Positions 34,601-49,666 of a DNA stretch of 64,000 nucleotides are shown here, piece after piece (the stretch's first letter is position 1; each line of letters starts with the position of its first letter). A program made the translations under genes and the position numbers. The DNA comes from Podarcis melisellensis (lineage: Eukaryota). Location of the stretch: NCBI GenBank assembly GCA_964234715.1, contig OZ174277.1; one strand, given 5' to 3'. The notes beneath the pieces are model-generated. The model had not been told where the DNA came from. It did no database searches and worked only from the letters and a program-made list of their open reading frames with translations.

Positions 34601-37600
34601 AGTAACATAGAAATCATGGCCTCATTTATCTGTATGAAGTATGCCAGGGGAAGGGGATAAGACAGTTTTTTCTATATGGCTCTCTTTGTTACCAAACAGT
34701 GTGCTTCAGAAGGATTCTGAGTGTTGGTAAAAATCACCTTGTACCTTTCTGACCAGCGAGAATCTCTGCTAGATCCTTAGGCAGAGATATCACTGTGATC
34801 TGACAATAGTGTTTAATACTTGAAGCAAAATACCTTACTTTCTGTCACTCCAGGCATGCAGCTGGCACTCCAGGTATTCTGATGATTTAACATAGGGCAA
34901 TTTCATACATAGAAACATATGAAGAACACACCTTCAGACATAAGTGAAATTCTGAACATAAGTTGAATACAATTATGCTCTAGAGACTTAATAGGAACAG
35001 CTAAAGCCATACAAGATTGGTTCTCTACAAAGTAGAAAGATTAAAAAGTGTCGCTATTAGTCTTAATAATACTATAGGAAAAATGACCAACTATGAGTTT
35101 CACAAAATAGCTTGTTTACTGAAGATTACTTAGTGTGTGTGGTGCAATTGCCTGGATTGGGCCAGGCAATTGCACCACACATATTATATATGTATTTGAG
35201 ATGAATCAGAATTTTGAGCATATCCTAAAGTAAGCTGAATCTTTGAAATAACAATAATAAAAAGAATTGACTTGTCATTAAACATGGTCATTGTCCCTCT
35301 TCTGGTTAAAACAGCAGCTTCAGAGGGGTCATTGGTCCGTATTTATCTCATCCCCCTGAAGCTGCTATTTGTTCCTGAAGGTACTATTGCAGTAAATGGC
35401 ACCTTGGAGCAGGGTAAGCGGAACACTTGAGTTTGGTGGGAGGAAGAAAGTGCAAGGGTTTAAATCCCCCTTTAAAAAATGGGTGTGGAATGGGGACATG
35501 GATGTGTGTGGCTCTGGGATGCGTAAAAATGGTAGCTTAGCAAATTTGTAACTTGTATTTCATGTTTCTCCATAATACTTGCACCCAATATTATCAGTTG
35601 AAAGCATTGTCTTCTCTTGTCTCAGCAGGAGACCATCCTGAACCAATTTGTGTTGGTGAAATCTTCCTGCACAAATCTTCAAAATCTTGCTATGGCTGTA
35701 GCTTCACAAAATGCAGTGTTACTTGAAGGACCAGTAGGTTGTGGCAAAACGTATCTTGTTGAATACTTGGCAGCCGTTACGGGAAGGATAAAGCCACCTC
35801 ACATTCTGAAAGTCCAGCTAGGAGATCAGACCGATAGTAAGGTAATGGAAAATGCATTTTAGTTTTCACTTGCAGTTGTTATTGCAAAGTTAATTGCCTT
35901 GCAGAAACTGGCTGCGCTCAGATGTAACGATAAGCCAAAAACCATGTCTTACTATGGAATTAGCAGTGTGCACACTTCAGAAATCCCTCCTGCTGCATTC
36001 CTCCCCTAGTAAAACATGAGCAAGACTATAGATTACTGGGATGCCTAAAGCAGCCACTATTGGGGCTTTGCTTTAGGTCATGGGTTGTTTGGTGAGGGAT
36101 ATCTCAGTGGCTCAAACACCACAGTAATCCAAACTCATGATTTTTGCTCCTGCTCATACTATGAGAGGGCACAGCAAGAATGATTTGGCAGTGCTTGTTC
36201 CCACTGAGCTTATTGTAGCTGCTGAAGCTATATCTGGCAATATTTATATTTGGTAGCATACCTAGTATGGAAGAAAGCAAATAGAAATAGATACAAACCT
36301 CAGAAACCTTATTGTTCGGTAAATATTTGAAGACACTTTGTAAAGTTATATGGACATTATTTAAAAACCTTTCTTGCTTTTTCTTCTTTGTAGACCTTAC
36401 TGGGCATGTATCGTTGTACAGATGTACCAGGGGAGTTTGTGTGGCAACCTGGGACCCTGACCCAAGCAGTCAGCAAAGGGCACTGGATACTCTTGGAGGA
36501 TATTGATTATGCTCCTCTGGATGTGGTATGTAGCTGTGCTTTCTAGAGGTAGTCCATAAATACCTTGGGTGAGGCACAGGTATCTTTTTTGGAAGTCATG
36601 TATTTTGTAACCAAAGCAAAGGAAACTTAAGGGCACTGGATAAAAGAAAGCAAAAGTTCTCCCCAAAAAGTTATCATGGTTCTCAATTCCCAGTATATTT
36701 TCTTCTTCGCGGGCAGTGATTTTGGGGACACTTGTTACAAACTACTGAATGGACCCTGTCTGTATCTGCTATTCACTGGTTCTCTTATACGCCCACCTCC
36801 CACAATCTAGAACTGGAATGTATATGTAAAAGGCTGCTTATTGGGAATGAGATTTCTAACATTTCTTGTAACATATTTGGTCACCAGCAGAGGTGAAACA
36901 GATTGTTTCATGCACTGTCTGCTGTTAAGTCTTTTTGGTTGTTGTCATTGATATAAGGTGGGGCATCAAGATAGCCTCATGCATGAGAACATGGCATTAC
37001 AATGAAGCTTCCTTAGATTTTTTTTTCTACTGCTATAGCACCACATTTTATGTATGCCCTGCCCCAAAGCAATTTTGGGAAGGCTTCAATGAGTTAAGGT
37101 GAGAAAGTCCTGTTCTATGAGTGGGATTCTTCTTGTGGTGCTCTACATCCTGGTCATTGAAATTGTATTCTGTGGTTTTTTTCTATTCCTTAGATTTCTG
37201 TATTGATTCCTCTTCTGGAAAACGGAGAACTGTTGATTCCTGGGCGAAGCGACTGTATAAAAGTAGCTCCTGGGTTCCATCTTTTTGCAACGAGAAGGTA
37301 GACTGTGTAGCTTTGTTAACACAAGGAAAACTCTTAGCACACGACAGTCATTGGCAGTGACTAGACAATAGTCATAAATATAGGAATTTGGGGGGGGGGG
37401 ATCCAGTTTTTAAATTGTGTGCATATATAAAGGTGACATGATTTTTGAATTATAAGTATGTGGGCACTCCTTTGCTATTTCTTTTGCAATTTTCCATACT
37501 AAGAAATAGAAACTTATCTCCTGGAAAATGATAGCTAGGAGTGTGAGATTATTTTGAAACATAATACAACTCTTTCCCCTGGAACATAAGTGAAAACTAA

Positions 37601-40600
37601 GCTTGATAAGAGGAATTACCAAGCAGCCATAGGGAAGCCATCATCACTTGGCCTTAATCTGTAATATGCAGATAATATTGTCCTGTCTTTACGCTTATTG
37701 ACATTATACATGTATGAAGTGCTTTGCACATAGAACATGCTTGTTGTTGTTTTGCTTAGCCTGCGGGATACAGCTGCCCTATAAGCAATTACTTAGCATT
37801 TCATTATTTAAAGACTGTAAAGTGGAAGAATGACAATTGGACAATTGTAGATGGTGAATTCATGTTTCTTGTATTGATGATGTTGGGACTTTGACTCCCT
37901 TATCTGGTTGTAGATCTGCAGTGAAGGAGCGTTACAGAACCCTTGAACTTACTCTGTTCTGCACTATAATACTTCTAATGCTTCAATTAACTTGTTCTTT
38001 CATTTTTAATCTAGACTCTTCAGTTATGGTGGTGGTTGGTACAAACAGCAAAACAGCCATGCTGCTCTTCTAGATAAATACTGGACAAAAATTAAGCTGA
38101 ATAATATGCCTAAAGTTGAACTCAGAGAGGTAAATGGTATCAGAAAGAGAACTGTTACTTTGTGAACTGATGTCAAAGAGTTTTCATTTAAAAACAAGTG
38201 AAAGTAGTCCTAATTTTTGTAGAAGAGGTTGAAACTGTGTCCATTCCCTTTTCCCCACATGGCTGTGAGGAGACGTTTAGAAGCATCTGTGTTTGGTTAA
38301 CCATAGTTTCTTGTGTTGTCCGAGCCAAAAAACTGGGAGGGAGTTAGTCTCATTTACATCTCACCAAACCATAGTTTAGCATGATGTCCAAACACAATCC
38401 TTGACATGAAAGAAGTTTGTATCCATTCCATAATGGAATGCTTGTTGCTTTGTGCTTCTGCAAGAAAAACAAATTGACGTTGCTGGATTGACTTAATCCG
38501 ACTGTCCAGCTATAACTTCATATGAAATCATCTTAAATTGTTATTGCCATTTCCTCAGCGTAGTATAGCCTGCAGGTTTCCCATATGCATCTTGTTGGCC
38601 ACAGTGAGAACAAAAAACCTGGACTAGATGGGCCATTTGCCCAGTCCACCGGGTTCATCTTACTGACTGACATTTCTATCTAGCAAATAAAGCCTAAGAT
38701 AATTTAAGAGCATTACTGTATTTTACAGTGTAATTGGCATGCAAAGAAATTTTCCTTTAAGAGAATTTCAAAGTAAAATTTGATGGTAGGCACTACCCCA
38801 TGGGACCAGTCCAGGCAATTGTGCAGACTGTAAATGTATCAATTCTCTGGATTTTAAGACCATTGTCTGTCTAAACAAAACTCAATGAGTTATATAATCC
38901 TTGGAATACTGTAAAATATTTACTTTAGCTAATGTTATTTTGTTTTTCAGATTCTTCAGAGGAGGTATCCTAAACTTACTGTCGTAATTGATCGCTTGTT
39001 AGAGATTTATGTTGAGCTTACTGGTGATAAACATCTATTGCAAAGCCATATCGCAGACGATGAGAACATAATGGAAGACGCATCACACTTAACCGAAAAC
39101 AAAAAAAGCCTGAGCTTAGAAGGCAGAGAGTTATCTCTGAGGTATTTTAATATGCAATTAAGCTGATGGATATTTGAGTTTGGGGGAGGCAAATTATCTT
39201 TGGACTACTGCTCTCTAGTGTGTTGGAGGCCATTTGCTCTGTTCTTAATTGAAATTCCTAGTGAGAAGGCATTAATTGAATGAAAATGTGGTGAGTTGGC
39301 GCTTAAAAAAAATAGCCATGCAATTAATGAAGCGAGACTAGCACTTTTAGCAGTGTGCAGCTGAGGAAAGTTAAATGAAGGACTACTGTTGAGTTGCTTC
39401 ACATCACTTATTTTCTTGTGTTAGGGACTTGCTGAATTGGTGCAACAGGATCGCTTACAACTTTGATAGTTCTTCTTCCTCTACTGCACTGAATATTTTT
39501 CATGAGGTACGTGTCAAACTGTTCCTTGTTTTTAAGAGTAATGTTGACCTATTCCTTAAAATGTAAAAACCAGGTTGCATTTGGAATATGAACAGGGGGC
39601 TGGTTCTGGTGTTGGAAATTTTCCTTGAGGGTCAATCTAACTAGACCTGCTGCTTCACAATGGGGGATTCACAGGAATGGTTGCATAAATCGCACTAGGA
39701 AGAGGCAGCTGTCGTTGGGGACATGCCAGGTCCCACAGCTGTTACACCAGGAATTCCATTATGAAGAGAGCTGAAATGTCTGAATTGGCTCGTCCTCTTG
39801 TTTTCCTCGTGGAGACATACTAGCGATACATTGCATGAAGCTCAGTTGTATATTTTGACTACAGTGAACTCAAGTATGGAAGAAAAGTAGAACCTCTGAT
39901 TAAATATTAAATTAGCTTGAATTCTGTCTCTCTGTTTCTCCCTCCTGCCACTCTACTTTGACAGGCGTTGGATTGTTTCACAGCTATGCTGTCCAAGCAA
40001 GGAAGTAGACTGAAGATGGCAGAAATCATTGGAAGCCAACTGAACATTTCCAAGCATAAGGTAGACATAAGGAAGAGTTCGCACACATACTGTATTGTGC
40101 AATAAATACCCCTTTGTCAAGGAGGAAAAAAATAGTTTCATGTCTCCTTCACTGCCAAGAAATAATTAAATGATCTAACTGGATAGTGTCCACTCTTGTT
40201 TTTCTTCTGAAAGAAGAGAGCCACGTGTAACATGGCTGAAATTGGGTGTAGGGATCATGCACATGCACATCGCCACTGGTGCAAGATTCCATTGCCTGAT
40301 TTGAGGCAGCAGCTTCCCTCCTGCTGCAACCATAGGCTTCACAAGGAGGCACCCAACCCTTTGGAGGGGAAAAGTGACTGCAGGGGGGAGCAGCAGCAGC
40401 AGGAGGAGGAGGAGTGAAAGAGAAAGTTTGGTTGCATGAGCTGACTTCTGTTCATGTAACAACTGAATACAGCCCAAAGGCCTTGTTCTCACATCACCAT
40501 AGTTAATAGTTCACTGTAACCATGGTGATCTTGGTCATTTGAATCCTGTCTACTCACACTTGGAGGAAGCAAGTGTTACATTCAAATGAGGGATCATAGT

Positions 40601-43326
40601 TTTGTGCCCGGCAAATTGCTGTAGCTGAGGTTGTTCTTGATTTGCTGATCATGGTTTGAAGCAAAGCAAATCATGGCCTCTGGTTTGGACATAATGCTAA
40701 GCAGGGACTGTGGTCTGTCTGCTCCCTGCTATCATGAGGGGGGGGCGGGACATACAACCCAGAAAGGCACATTCACAATTCACTATTTACTATGCCTTAC
40801 TGTGATGTGCAAACTGGACTTGTGTCTTAACTTTCAGTTGTACAGTGGTACCTCAGGTTATATACACTTCAGGTTACAGACTCCGCTAACCCAGAAATAG
40901 TACCTCGGGTTAAGAACTTTGCTTCAGGATGAGAACAGAAATCGTGCTCAGGCGGCGCGGCAGCAGCAGGAGGCCCCATTAGCTAAAGTGGTGCTTCAGG
41001 ATAAAAACAGTTTCAGGTTAAGAACAGATCTCCGGAACGAATTAAGTACTTAACCCAAGGTACCACTGTATTGCACAACTGCATATGACAAAGGACTACA
41101 TCATGTGTTTCTTTTTAGTAAGCTGAGTTCAGTATGTATGCTCTTTATTTATTTACTCTAGACTGAATACTACTGTCAGCTTTACAAACCAGAAATTGCA
41201 ATAAGGGAGCAAGAGGTCTCTGTGGGAAGAGTCCAGCTCTTACGGAAGCAAATTCATGCACTTCTTGTGCAAAGGTATTGATGCGTTTGTTTGTTTGTTT
41301 GTTTGTTTGTTTGTTTGTTTATATTTTAAAATTACTAAGCCACCCTTCAACCAGATGGCTTACAGGTTGATGTACAATAGTGCACTTTTTAAATGTGCTT
41401 GTAACTTTAAAATTCCGTGCCAGCATTTTTAATGTCTCATTGAGGTGTTTTTTTGAAACCTGGTAATAGAGAGAGATTATATTTGTAGAATTAGTGAATC
41501 AAATGCACTTGGAGATGCTTAGCACATAGCATTAGAGTATTGCTAACAGAAGATTTTACCCTTTCATGTATTGGCAGAAAAAAGCAGACCTTTGCTCCCA
41601 CTCGTCCATCATCCGTATTAATTGAGCAGCTGGCTGTGTGTGTCGACAAAGGAGAGCCTGTGTTGTTGGTGGGTGAAACGGGGACAGGCAAAACATCTAC
41701 TGTTCAATACCTGGCCCACATTACAGGTAAAATGAAGTATAATGCGGGGACTTTGACCAGGATTCTAGAAAAGGTTTGAGAAGTGCTTCAGTGTCTTTTC
41801 TGTGTTTTATTTCTTCCAAGGGCACCGTTTGAGGGTTATCAACATGAATCAGCAGAGTGATACTGCAGATCTCCTAGGGGGGTGAGTGTCTAATAATTCT
41901 GCAAATTGCTGTTGGCAACTGCATCAACAAATCATTTTTTTCACTCGTGACTTCAGATCTTGTATTTAGTAGAAGTGTGCATGGACCCCATTCATAAGAG
42001 TTACTGTATTCAGAAATAGAGAACCATATGGCAAAAAGAAAAGTACATAGAGCGACATGAAATGGGGTGTGGGATTCCATGGATGGGGTAATGACAAGTA
42101 CAAGGAAGTAGAACAAGGAAAAGGGAATGTTCAGTCTTGGGGCAGGGAGAGATGTTGGAATGAGCGGTGCCATGTAGCTGTGGGATGAAATTTTTGACAT
42201 TTTGTGTACCTGGGAAAAAAAGGGTAGGTTCTCTTATATGTTTCAGCCGGTCTCTAATTTTCAGCATGTTCAAGTCATCTGTTTAGTAATGGTGTGCAGG
42301 GGCCACCAGATTCACCTTTTATCTGTTATCAGATCCGCTGAGGCTGGTTTGATTTTCACCTTGTCCGATCGTACTGAGCCTGATCTTGCCACATGTCGCT
42401 GCCGGAGTTTTCAGTTAACACATTACTGTTTGCCCAATTTACAGCTATAAGCCGGTGGATAACAAACTGATTTGGTTGCCCTTGCGAGAGTCTTTTGAGG
42501 AGCTTTTTGCACAGACGTTTTCCAGGAAACAAAACCAGACTTTCTTGGGGCACATCCAGACATGTTACAGACAGAAGCGCTGGCATGATCTTCTCAAGCT
42601 GATGCAGCATGTACACAAATCTGCCATTAATAAGGAAGCTAAAGAAAATGGTAAGACTTCCAAGTTCTTAAAATGGGTTTCTGTTTGAGGACGGGCAGGG
42701 TAGAAATCAAATAAATAAAACGAGAGATTTAAGCGGAACTTGCATTCTTAAAGTTGGGTGGACTGTGCTTCAGTGTGCATTTGGCAAGGGAGATACAGTG
42801 TACCTCAGGTTACAAACACCTCGGGTTACAAACACTTCGGGTTACAGACTCCGCTAACCTGCAAGTAGTACCTCGGGTTGAGAACTTTACCTCAGGATGA
42901 GAACAGAAATCGCGTAGCGGGGGAAGCCCCATTAGCTAAAGTGGTACCTCAGGTTAAGAACGGTTTCAGGTTAAGAACGGATCTCTGGAACGAATTAAGT
43001 TCATAATCAGAGGTACCAATGTACTAGGTGTGATTTTTCCCTAGAATTCAAATATGGAGAGATCAGCAGTGGAGGGAAAAAAGCAATTTTTCTGCAGTAG
43101 AAAATAGCATTTTCTGATACATGATCCAATATCATTCCTGAAGCTTAGTGGGTATGGATCTGATCAGTGACTTGGGTGGGAGATGCTTGGGAGTCACAGT
43201 TCAGCCTTCCTGAACTATTTAATGAACAGTCAGATGAAAGGACAGAAAGAATTAAACATTCTCGCACATCATCTTTGACTGAAGAGGTGAAGGTCTTGTT
43301 AAAGTTGTACAAACTTTATCCCAGCC

Positions 43327-43376
<50 letters not shown>

Positions 43377-46300
43377 TAAGCTTGACTGCATTTTAAAGGG
43401 GAAGGTGAAAGGGGGGAAGGTTATTGTTTTGTTTGTTACTATGTTTCGTATTTTTGTGTTTTCATATTGTAAACTATCCTGTGGTCCTCAGTTGACAGGC
43501 AGTACAGAAATTTAATAAATAAATAAAGATAAAAATAAAATACTGCTCTGAAGTGGAAAGAGATACAGTTTAAGTAACTAGCCTCCTAAGGCTGAATCCA
43601 GATGTGTTCAATAAAAATAACAGATTTGTAAGCATTCCTTTGTTTAAACAGAGGAGGTGATTGCAGATGCATTACAAATGACTGGAGCATTACTTGACCA
43701 CAAACATTACTCAGTCCAATGAATTCCAACTCATTCAGTTCATTCATTTTAATGTCCCTGTTCTGCTAGTAGGATTTAAATTGCATAAAATCACTGGTCT
43801 AAAGGTGATTGTTGGAATAACTGGACTAATTCTCTTCAGATCGGCTTATGTTATATTCAGAGTTGTTTTGCACTATGACAAATTCTATTACGTGGTTTCA
43901 TGAACTTGAATGTTTTTATCTTACCCTACGTTTACTATAGCTTGCCTTTTTTTTTTGTTAGGCTCACCATTGAAGGAAAAGTGGGAAGAACTTGGTATCC
44001 GCTTAGATCATGCAAAACAACAGATGAAGATGACAGAAAATGCGCTAGTTTTTGCATTTGTAGAGGTAGTCCTTTTGTCCATAAGATGCATATTAAAGTT
44101 ACTTTATTGAAATAAGGTTCCAGCTGCAGTTTGTTAAAGGTGCTGGGAATTATAGATCTGTGAGGGGTAAATTGGAGTTCCCAGGATTCTTTGCAAGAAG
44201 CAGTGTGCATTCAAATGTGTGATGTGGATCATACATACACAAAGTTTTTTTTTCTTCTTTTTTTTGCATGTGGAGGCGGTCATTTGATTTCAGGCTAGCC
44301 AGGTTTCACTTAATGTCCTTGTGTGATGAGCACCTTTACTCCCCTTAGTCTTGGCTGAAAATGAAGGTGAGATAGATTTCCTCTGCAAGCCAGGAAGAAT
44401 GAGTCCTCATTGAGGAAAAAAGTTAATGCTGCAAAGGGTTTGGTGCTAGGTAAAAAAAAGTAGGTACAACTAGAAACACCTTGGAGGGGTTTGCAGATAT
44501 TTAACTGTTATAGGGCAAAAGCAGTTAATTAAATGAGGAGTTTCCACCCCACCAACTTGCTTAAAAACAATGTAAAAGATGGAATTCTGCTTATACCACT
44601 GTGGAATTATCTAATTCCTCTAACTATAAATGCAGTTTTCAAAACATAATCCAAATAGAGGGCAGCACCAGATGCCTTTCAAATGGTAATTTTGAGTCTT
44701 TTTGTCTTTTTTTTTTTAGGGCACCTTGGCACAAGCAGTGAAAAAAGGAGAATGGATTCTACTAGATGAGATCAATTTGGCAGCAGCAGAAACTTTAGAG
44801 TGTCTGAGTGGTTTACTTGAAGGATTATCTGGTTCACTGATATTGCTGGATAGAGGAGACACAGGTATTGTTTTTGGTTTTTGTTGCAGTAAGTTTTCCT
44901 GTTCTGCAGTGGTGTATTTTTTCAGTTCCCTATTTTTTAATGAGAGATTGAAATTAATGGTTTCAAGTCATCTAAGTTCATTGACCCATAGATGAGCATA
45001 TAAAGATGCATCAGACCCAAAAGCAAAATATTAGGAATGTAAATGAAATAAACTCAAGAAATTTGAGTATATAATCCACAATATAATCACCATTACGAGG
45101 AATTGCAAAAAAAAGATTATATTATTCATATAGGAGGTGCTGATCTCTAAATATCCAAGCCCTTTATTTCTGATGCTCATAGAGCCTAATTAATTTCTCT
45201 GCACTATATCTTGTAAACTTTTTCACACCTATGTCACCTTCTGCACAGTCACATAAACCCCGTGGGTCAACGTTGACCACTTTAGGAAGCCCTGTAAACT
45301 GATAGCTGAAAAATTCACATCTGAATACAGTGGTACCTTGGGTTACATACGCTTCAGGTTACAGACTCCACTAACCCAGAAATAGTACCTCAGGTTAAGA
45401 ACTTTGCTTCAGGATGAGAACAGAAATCGTGCTCCGGCGGCACGGCAGCGACAGGAGGCCCCATTAGCTTAAGTGGTGCTTCAGGTTAAGAACAGCTTCA
45501 GGTTAAGTACGGACCTCTGGAACGAATTAAGTACTTAACCTGAGGTACCACTGTAATACTATCTTTTCACTCTTTTGATTCCCGATAACTTAAGAGATTA
45601 GCATGTGGGAGTTTTCTCCTGAAGAAGAAAATTTCAATTCCTTGCCCATGCTGTCCCTTAGCTTGAAGAACAGCAAGTTCCAGAGGACTATGAAAAAAGA
45701 CCCTTTTGTTTGCTAAGATAGAAGATGCAGTTTTCATCTTGTGCTTTTAAGGATAGCTTCCTCTGAAGTTTGAGAGTAGGTTTTTACCAGCTAGGACAAC
45801 CAATTGGCTGTGTATGAGTTTTTCTGTTTGCTTCTTGAACTTCTGTTTTTTTAATTTTCCTTAAATGGCTGTTTCATGCTTTCTTGTTTGTATGCTTCAT
45901 TTGTTTTTATGGGGCCAAACAGCGCTGTAATTTGTTGGTTGTGCATTTTTTTTCTTGTAGAGCCCCTGGTACGTCATTCAAATTTTCGTTTGTTTGCCTG
46001 CATGAACCCAGCTACTGATGTTGGCAAAAGAAACCTCCCTCCAGGAATACGGAACAGGTAGATACAGAATGTACATTTTTACAAAACCATTTTAAAGCTG
46101 AGAACAACTTGTAGCTCTTGAGGTGTTTGGCCTTCAGTAGCCTAGAATGTTGTACTTCTTTTGGTCTGTTGCATACATCTCTGATTGGCATGCAGTAGCT
46201 TAGGGATATGAGGGACCTGTGGCCAGCCAGTTTGTATTAAGACTCTTAACTCCCCATCCTCATCCCTGCTATAGCTGAAGCATTCTGGTAAGCTGCTATG

Positions 46301-49300
46301 TTACAAAATACCTTTTGCTGCCAATCTCAGGAATAATAGACGTTGCACACTCTCTTTGAGAGCTGCAGTTGTCTTCAAGTGTCCTTTATGTCATCAGGTT
46401 CAGAGTTGGATACTAGAATTATATAGTGGTCTCATGGGAAAGATAAAAGGAAAATGATCTACATTGCTCTGTTGGCCATCTTCTGATTGTCAGCATTACA
46501 TGTTAGCTACAAAAACAGCTGGATAAAAGGCTGGTTGGGTATATGAGTGGATTTTATGCTCACTTTGATCTTTCATAGCCCATGCAGTCCAAATTAGCTA
46601 GGCAAGCAAGAGCTGATGGTAGCTTGTCAAGTGTTCATTAGGCACTGAATTCCACAATTGCACTTTCATTTCCCCACTGAATTGCTCAACAGGTTTTGAC
46701 TTACGGACAGTGTGACATCAGTGACAAATGCATGGTGTTATCACTGCCCCTGCAGAGCTCAAAATAATTCAGCAGCAATATCATAGTAAACCCAGTATCC
46801 TAGGTTTGAGTGTATAGCAGATGAAAGGATTCCAAAATTTACCTATGATAAAAGGTCTATGTTTTTCCAGAAACAACTAATGCTCAGATAAGCCAATAGA
46901 AGTGCAATTTAAACATTTTTGCATGTTGTTTTTAATGGTATGTTTTAACTTTTGGGGTTGTATTCAGTGTGGCGCTAAGTGGTCCTTTGTGTGAGAAGAA
47001 TGACTTCTGCTTGCATGGCAGGACATCTCCCCCCCCCCTTCCTCTGTGTGCCCCCTAATCTGTTCTGGGGTTTCCCCAACCTTCTAGAAAGGTTTGGGGA
47101 TGGCGGGGGCAGTGCTCCAAGACCAAAGGCAGATGTTTTCCTAGGCTTGCTACCTGACTCCTTTTTAATTACAGCTCTTGGGGGTTGAACCTGGGACTTT
47201 CTGCATGCTGAATTATGTGATTTCTAAGTAATCTGAAGCTTTCACCGAATGGTACTCTATTAAACGTAAAGGGACCCCTGACTATTAGGTCCAGTCGTAA
47301 TCTATTGTTACTCTATTACTAGTCTTTAATTCAGTACATTTGTAATTGGTTGTGATGTCGACAGGCTGGGGTCCGTGATCAAATATCAGACTTTGGTATC
47401 TATAAGCAGACAGGTTTTTTACAATGTAATGTTGTCTTGTAGGTTCACTGAACTTTACGTAGAAGAGTTACAAAATGAAGGAGACTTGCAGATTCTTATC
47501 ATGGATTATCTGAAAGGGCTGAATGTGAGCAAGAGCGTAGTGCAAGGAATCGTAAAGTAAGTTTTTGACGAACAGAAAGTATTGTATAAATTGTAAGATC
47601 TGATAAGGGAGTCTTTGGGAAAGTTTTGTTGTATTTAACTTGTAGCAGTGCTTTTTCTGAGGGGGATGGGAGATGCACTGGTACGCATACCCCTAAACAT
47701 TTTGTGAATCTAAGTTTGGCCTCATTAAGGCACAGTATTTCAATATGAGTAGGAAAATGAGAGTACCCCTAAACATTCTTTAAGAAAAAAAGCACTGACT
47801 TGTAGTGTGGTATTTCTGAAACTGGGGTAGTTAACCTGTGGTCCTCAGAAGTTGCTGCACTACATCTCCTATCATCCCTGACCTTTGGATACACAGGCTG
47901 ACGGTGATGGGAATTAAGAGTTGAGATTGCGCTTTTCTGCCTTTTGAACTTCCTCTATGAGTTGCCATTTCTTTGAGCTCATTGCAGTTCAGAACGTCAA
48001 ATAATTTATTTAAATTGTGCACCAGATTCCAGATGTGCATTCCACTTGCTTTCCATGTTTTTACTAAATGAGTGTGAGCTGCACTCCCTCAGTGTCATTG
48101 TCTTAGCCAATATCACTGTCAGTCAATATATATGGGTTTTTCCCTGCTTTTCTAAGCCCCAATATTTGAATAAATTTTAATCAGAAGCCTTGAGTATTTC
48201 AATTTTATTCTACATTAGCGTAACAGGGATGCCCTCTTCTCTCTTGACAGTGGTTCAAAAGTTCATTGTAACTCTTAACTCCTGAAATTCCTGAGGAATT
48301 TTCATGTTTGAAGACTTTAATTTCTTTAGAAAACTATTTATTATTGGATAATGTATTGCACCACTTTATTTTTCTATGGCTGGGGTGAGATTAATATGAA
48401 GGGGAAAGCATTTATCTTTAACCACTGTTTTCAATATTTTGATATTGATATATCTTAAATACCTAAATAAAATTATCAGTAATTTTAATGTTATATTTTA
48501 TAAAATGCTTACAGTTTTCTTTATGAGTTTTGTTAAATAGATACATCTGAATATTTAGGGACTATCTCATAGAGGGCCTCACTCTATATATACTGCAACA
48601 CACGAGTCCAATTTCTTTGAGTGGTGTGAGATTCCAGGGGTCCCATACATGATAAATGCAGGATCTGTGTTTCCTTTTGGAAAAATGAGGCACAGTGGAG
48701 CCTGTGGTGTTTTTATGATATATGGTTAATTTACGCATATATACAACATGAAGCCTAAAGGAGGAGAATCCAATCATTACACCCATACAGATTGTCCCTT
48801 GCTCTTTCATAGCTGTGCTCCACTTCTAGGCAAGAGAGCATTTTGGCTTGGCACAGACATTTAGAATTGAGCTTATTTTTTATGGCAGTTTCCTCTAACC
48901 TAGTGCATTCCAGGTTGTTTTTACACTGCACCTCCCATCATATCTGTTGTCCAAGCTGATTGGGATTCATGGGAGTTGTAGTCTTTCACCAGATGTTCTG
49001 GAAGACTGATATGTGATATATAGACTGAGCCTTACCTGGGTTGGTTAGCAACAATATGGAGTGAAATCTCTTTTGCACCCTTATTCAATCCTGAAGGAGA
49101 CAATATTTATTCAGGAAAAGGAACTACGCAGCACATTGAGGTATCAAGCCCCTAGATAAATTAACTCCTGTTAATATGGTAGAAAAATGAGTGTAATGAA
49201 AAATATGCTTCATATATATAACCCTTCGCTTCTGCAGCTTTTATTTGTCTGTGAGAAAGGAGTGTGAAACAAAACTGGTAGATGGGACAGGCCACAGACC

Positions 49301-49666
49301 TCATTACAGCCTTCGTACTCTCTGCAGAGCTTTGAGATTTGCATCATCCAACCCATGCTGCAGCATACAGCGCTCTCTTTATGAGGTGACTATCTTTGTT
49401 CTCTGTTCCTAAACTTCCTTCTCTCTTCCCTTTTGTCTTTAGACAAAGAGAGAGAGAAATTCTCTGGCGTTAGCAATTAAAATCTATTTGAAACTAGCTA
49501 CTTTAAAAAAAACCAAATCTGTTTTCTTCTCAATAGGGCTTTTGCTTGGGTTTTCTCACCCAGCTTGACAGAAGTTCTTACCCTGTTGTTCAAAGGCTAA
49601 TATGTCAGCATATTCTGTCTGGAAATGTGAAAAGCATCCTCAAGCAGGCAAGTAATTTCTTAACTA

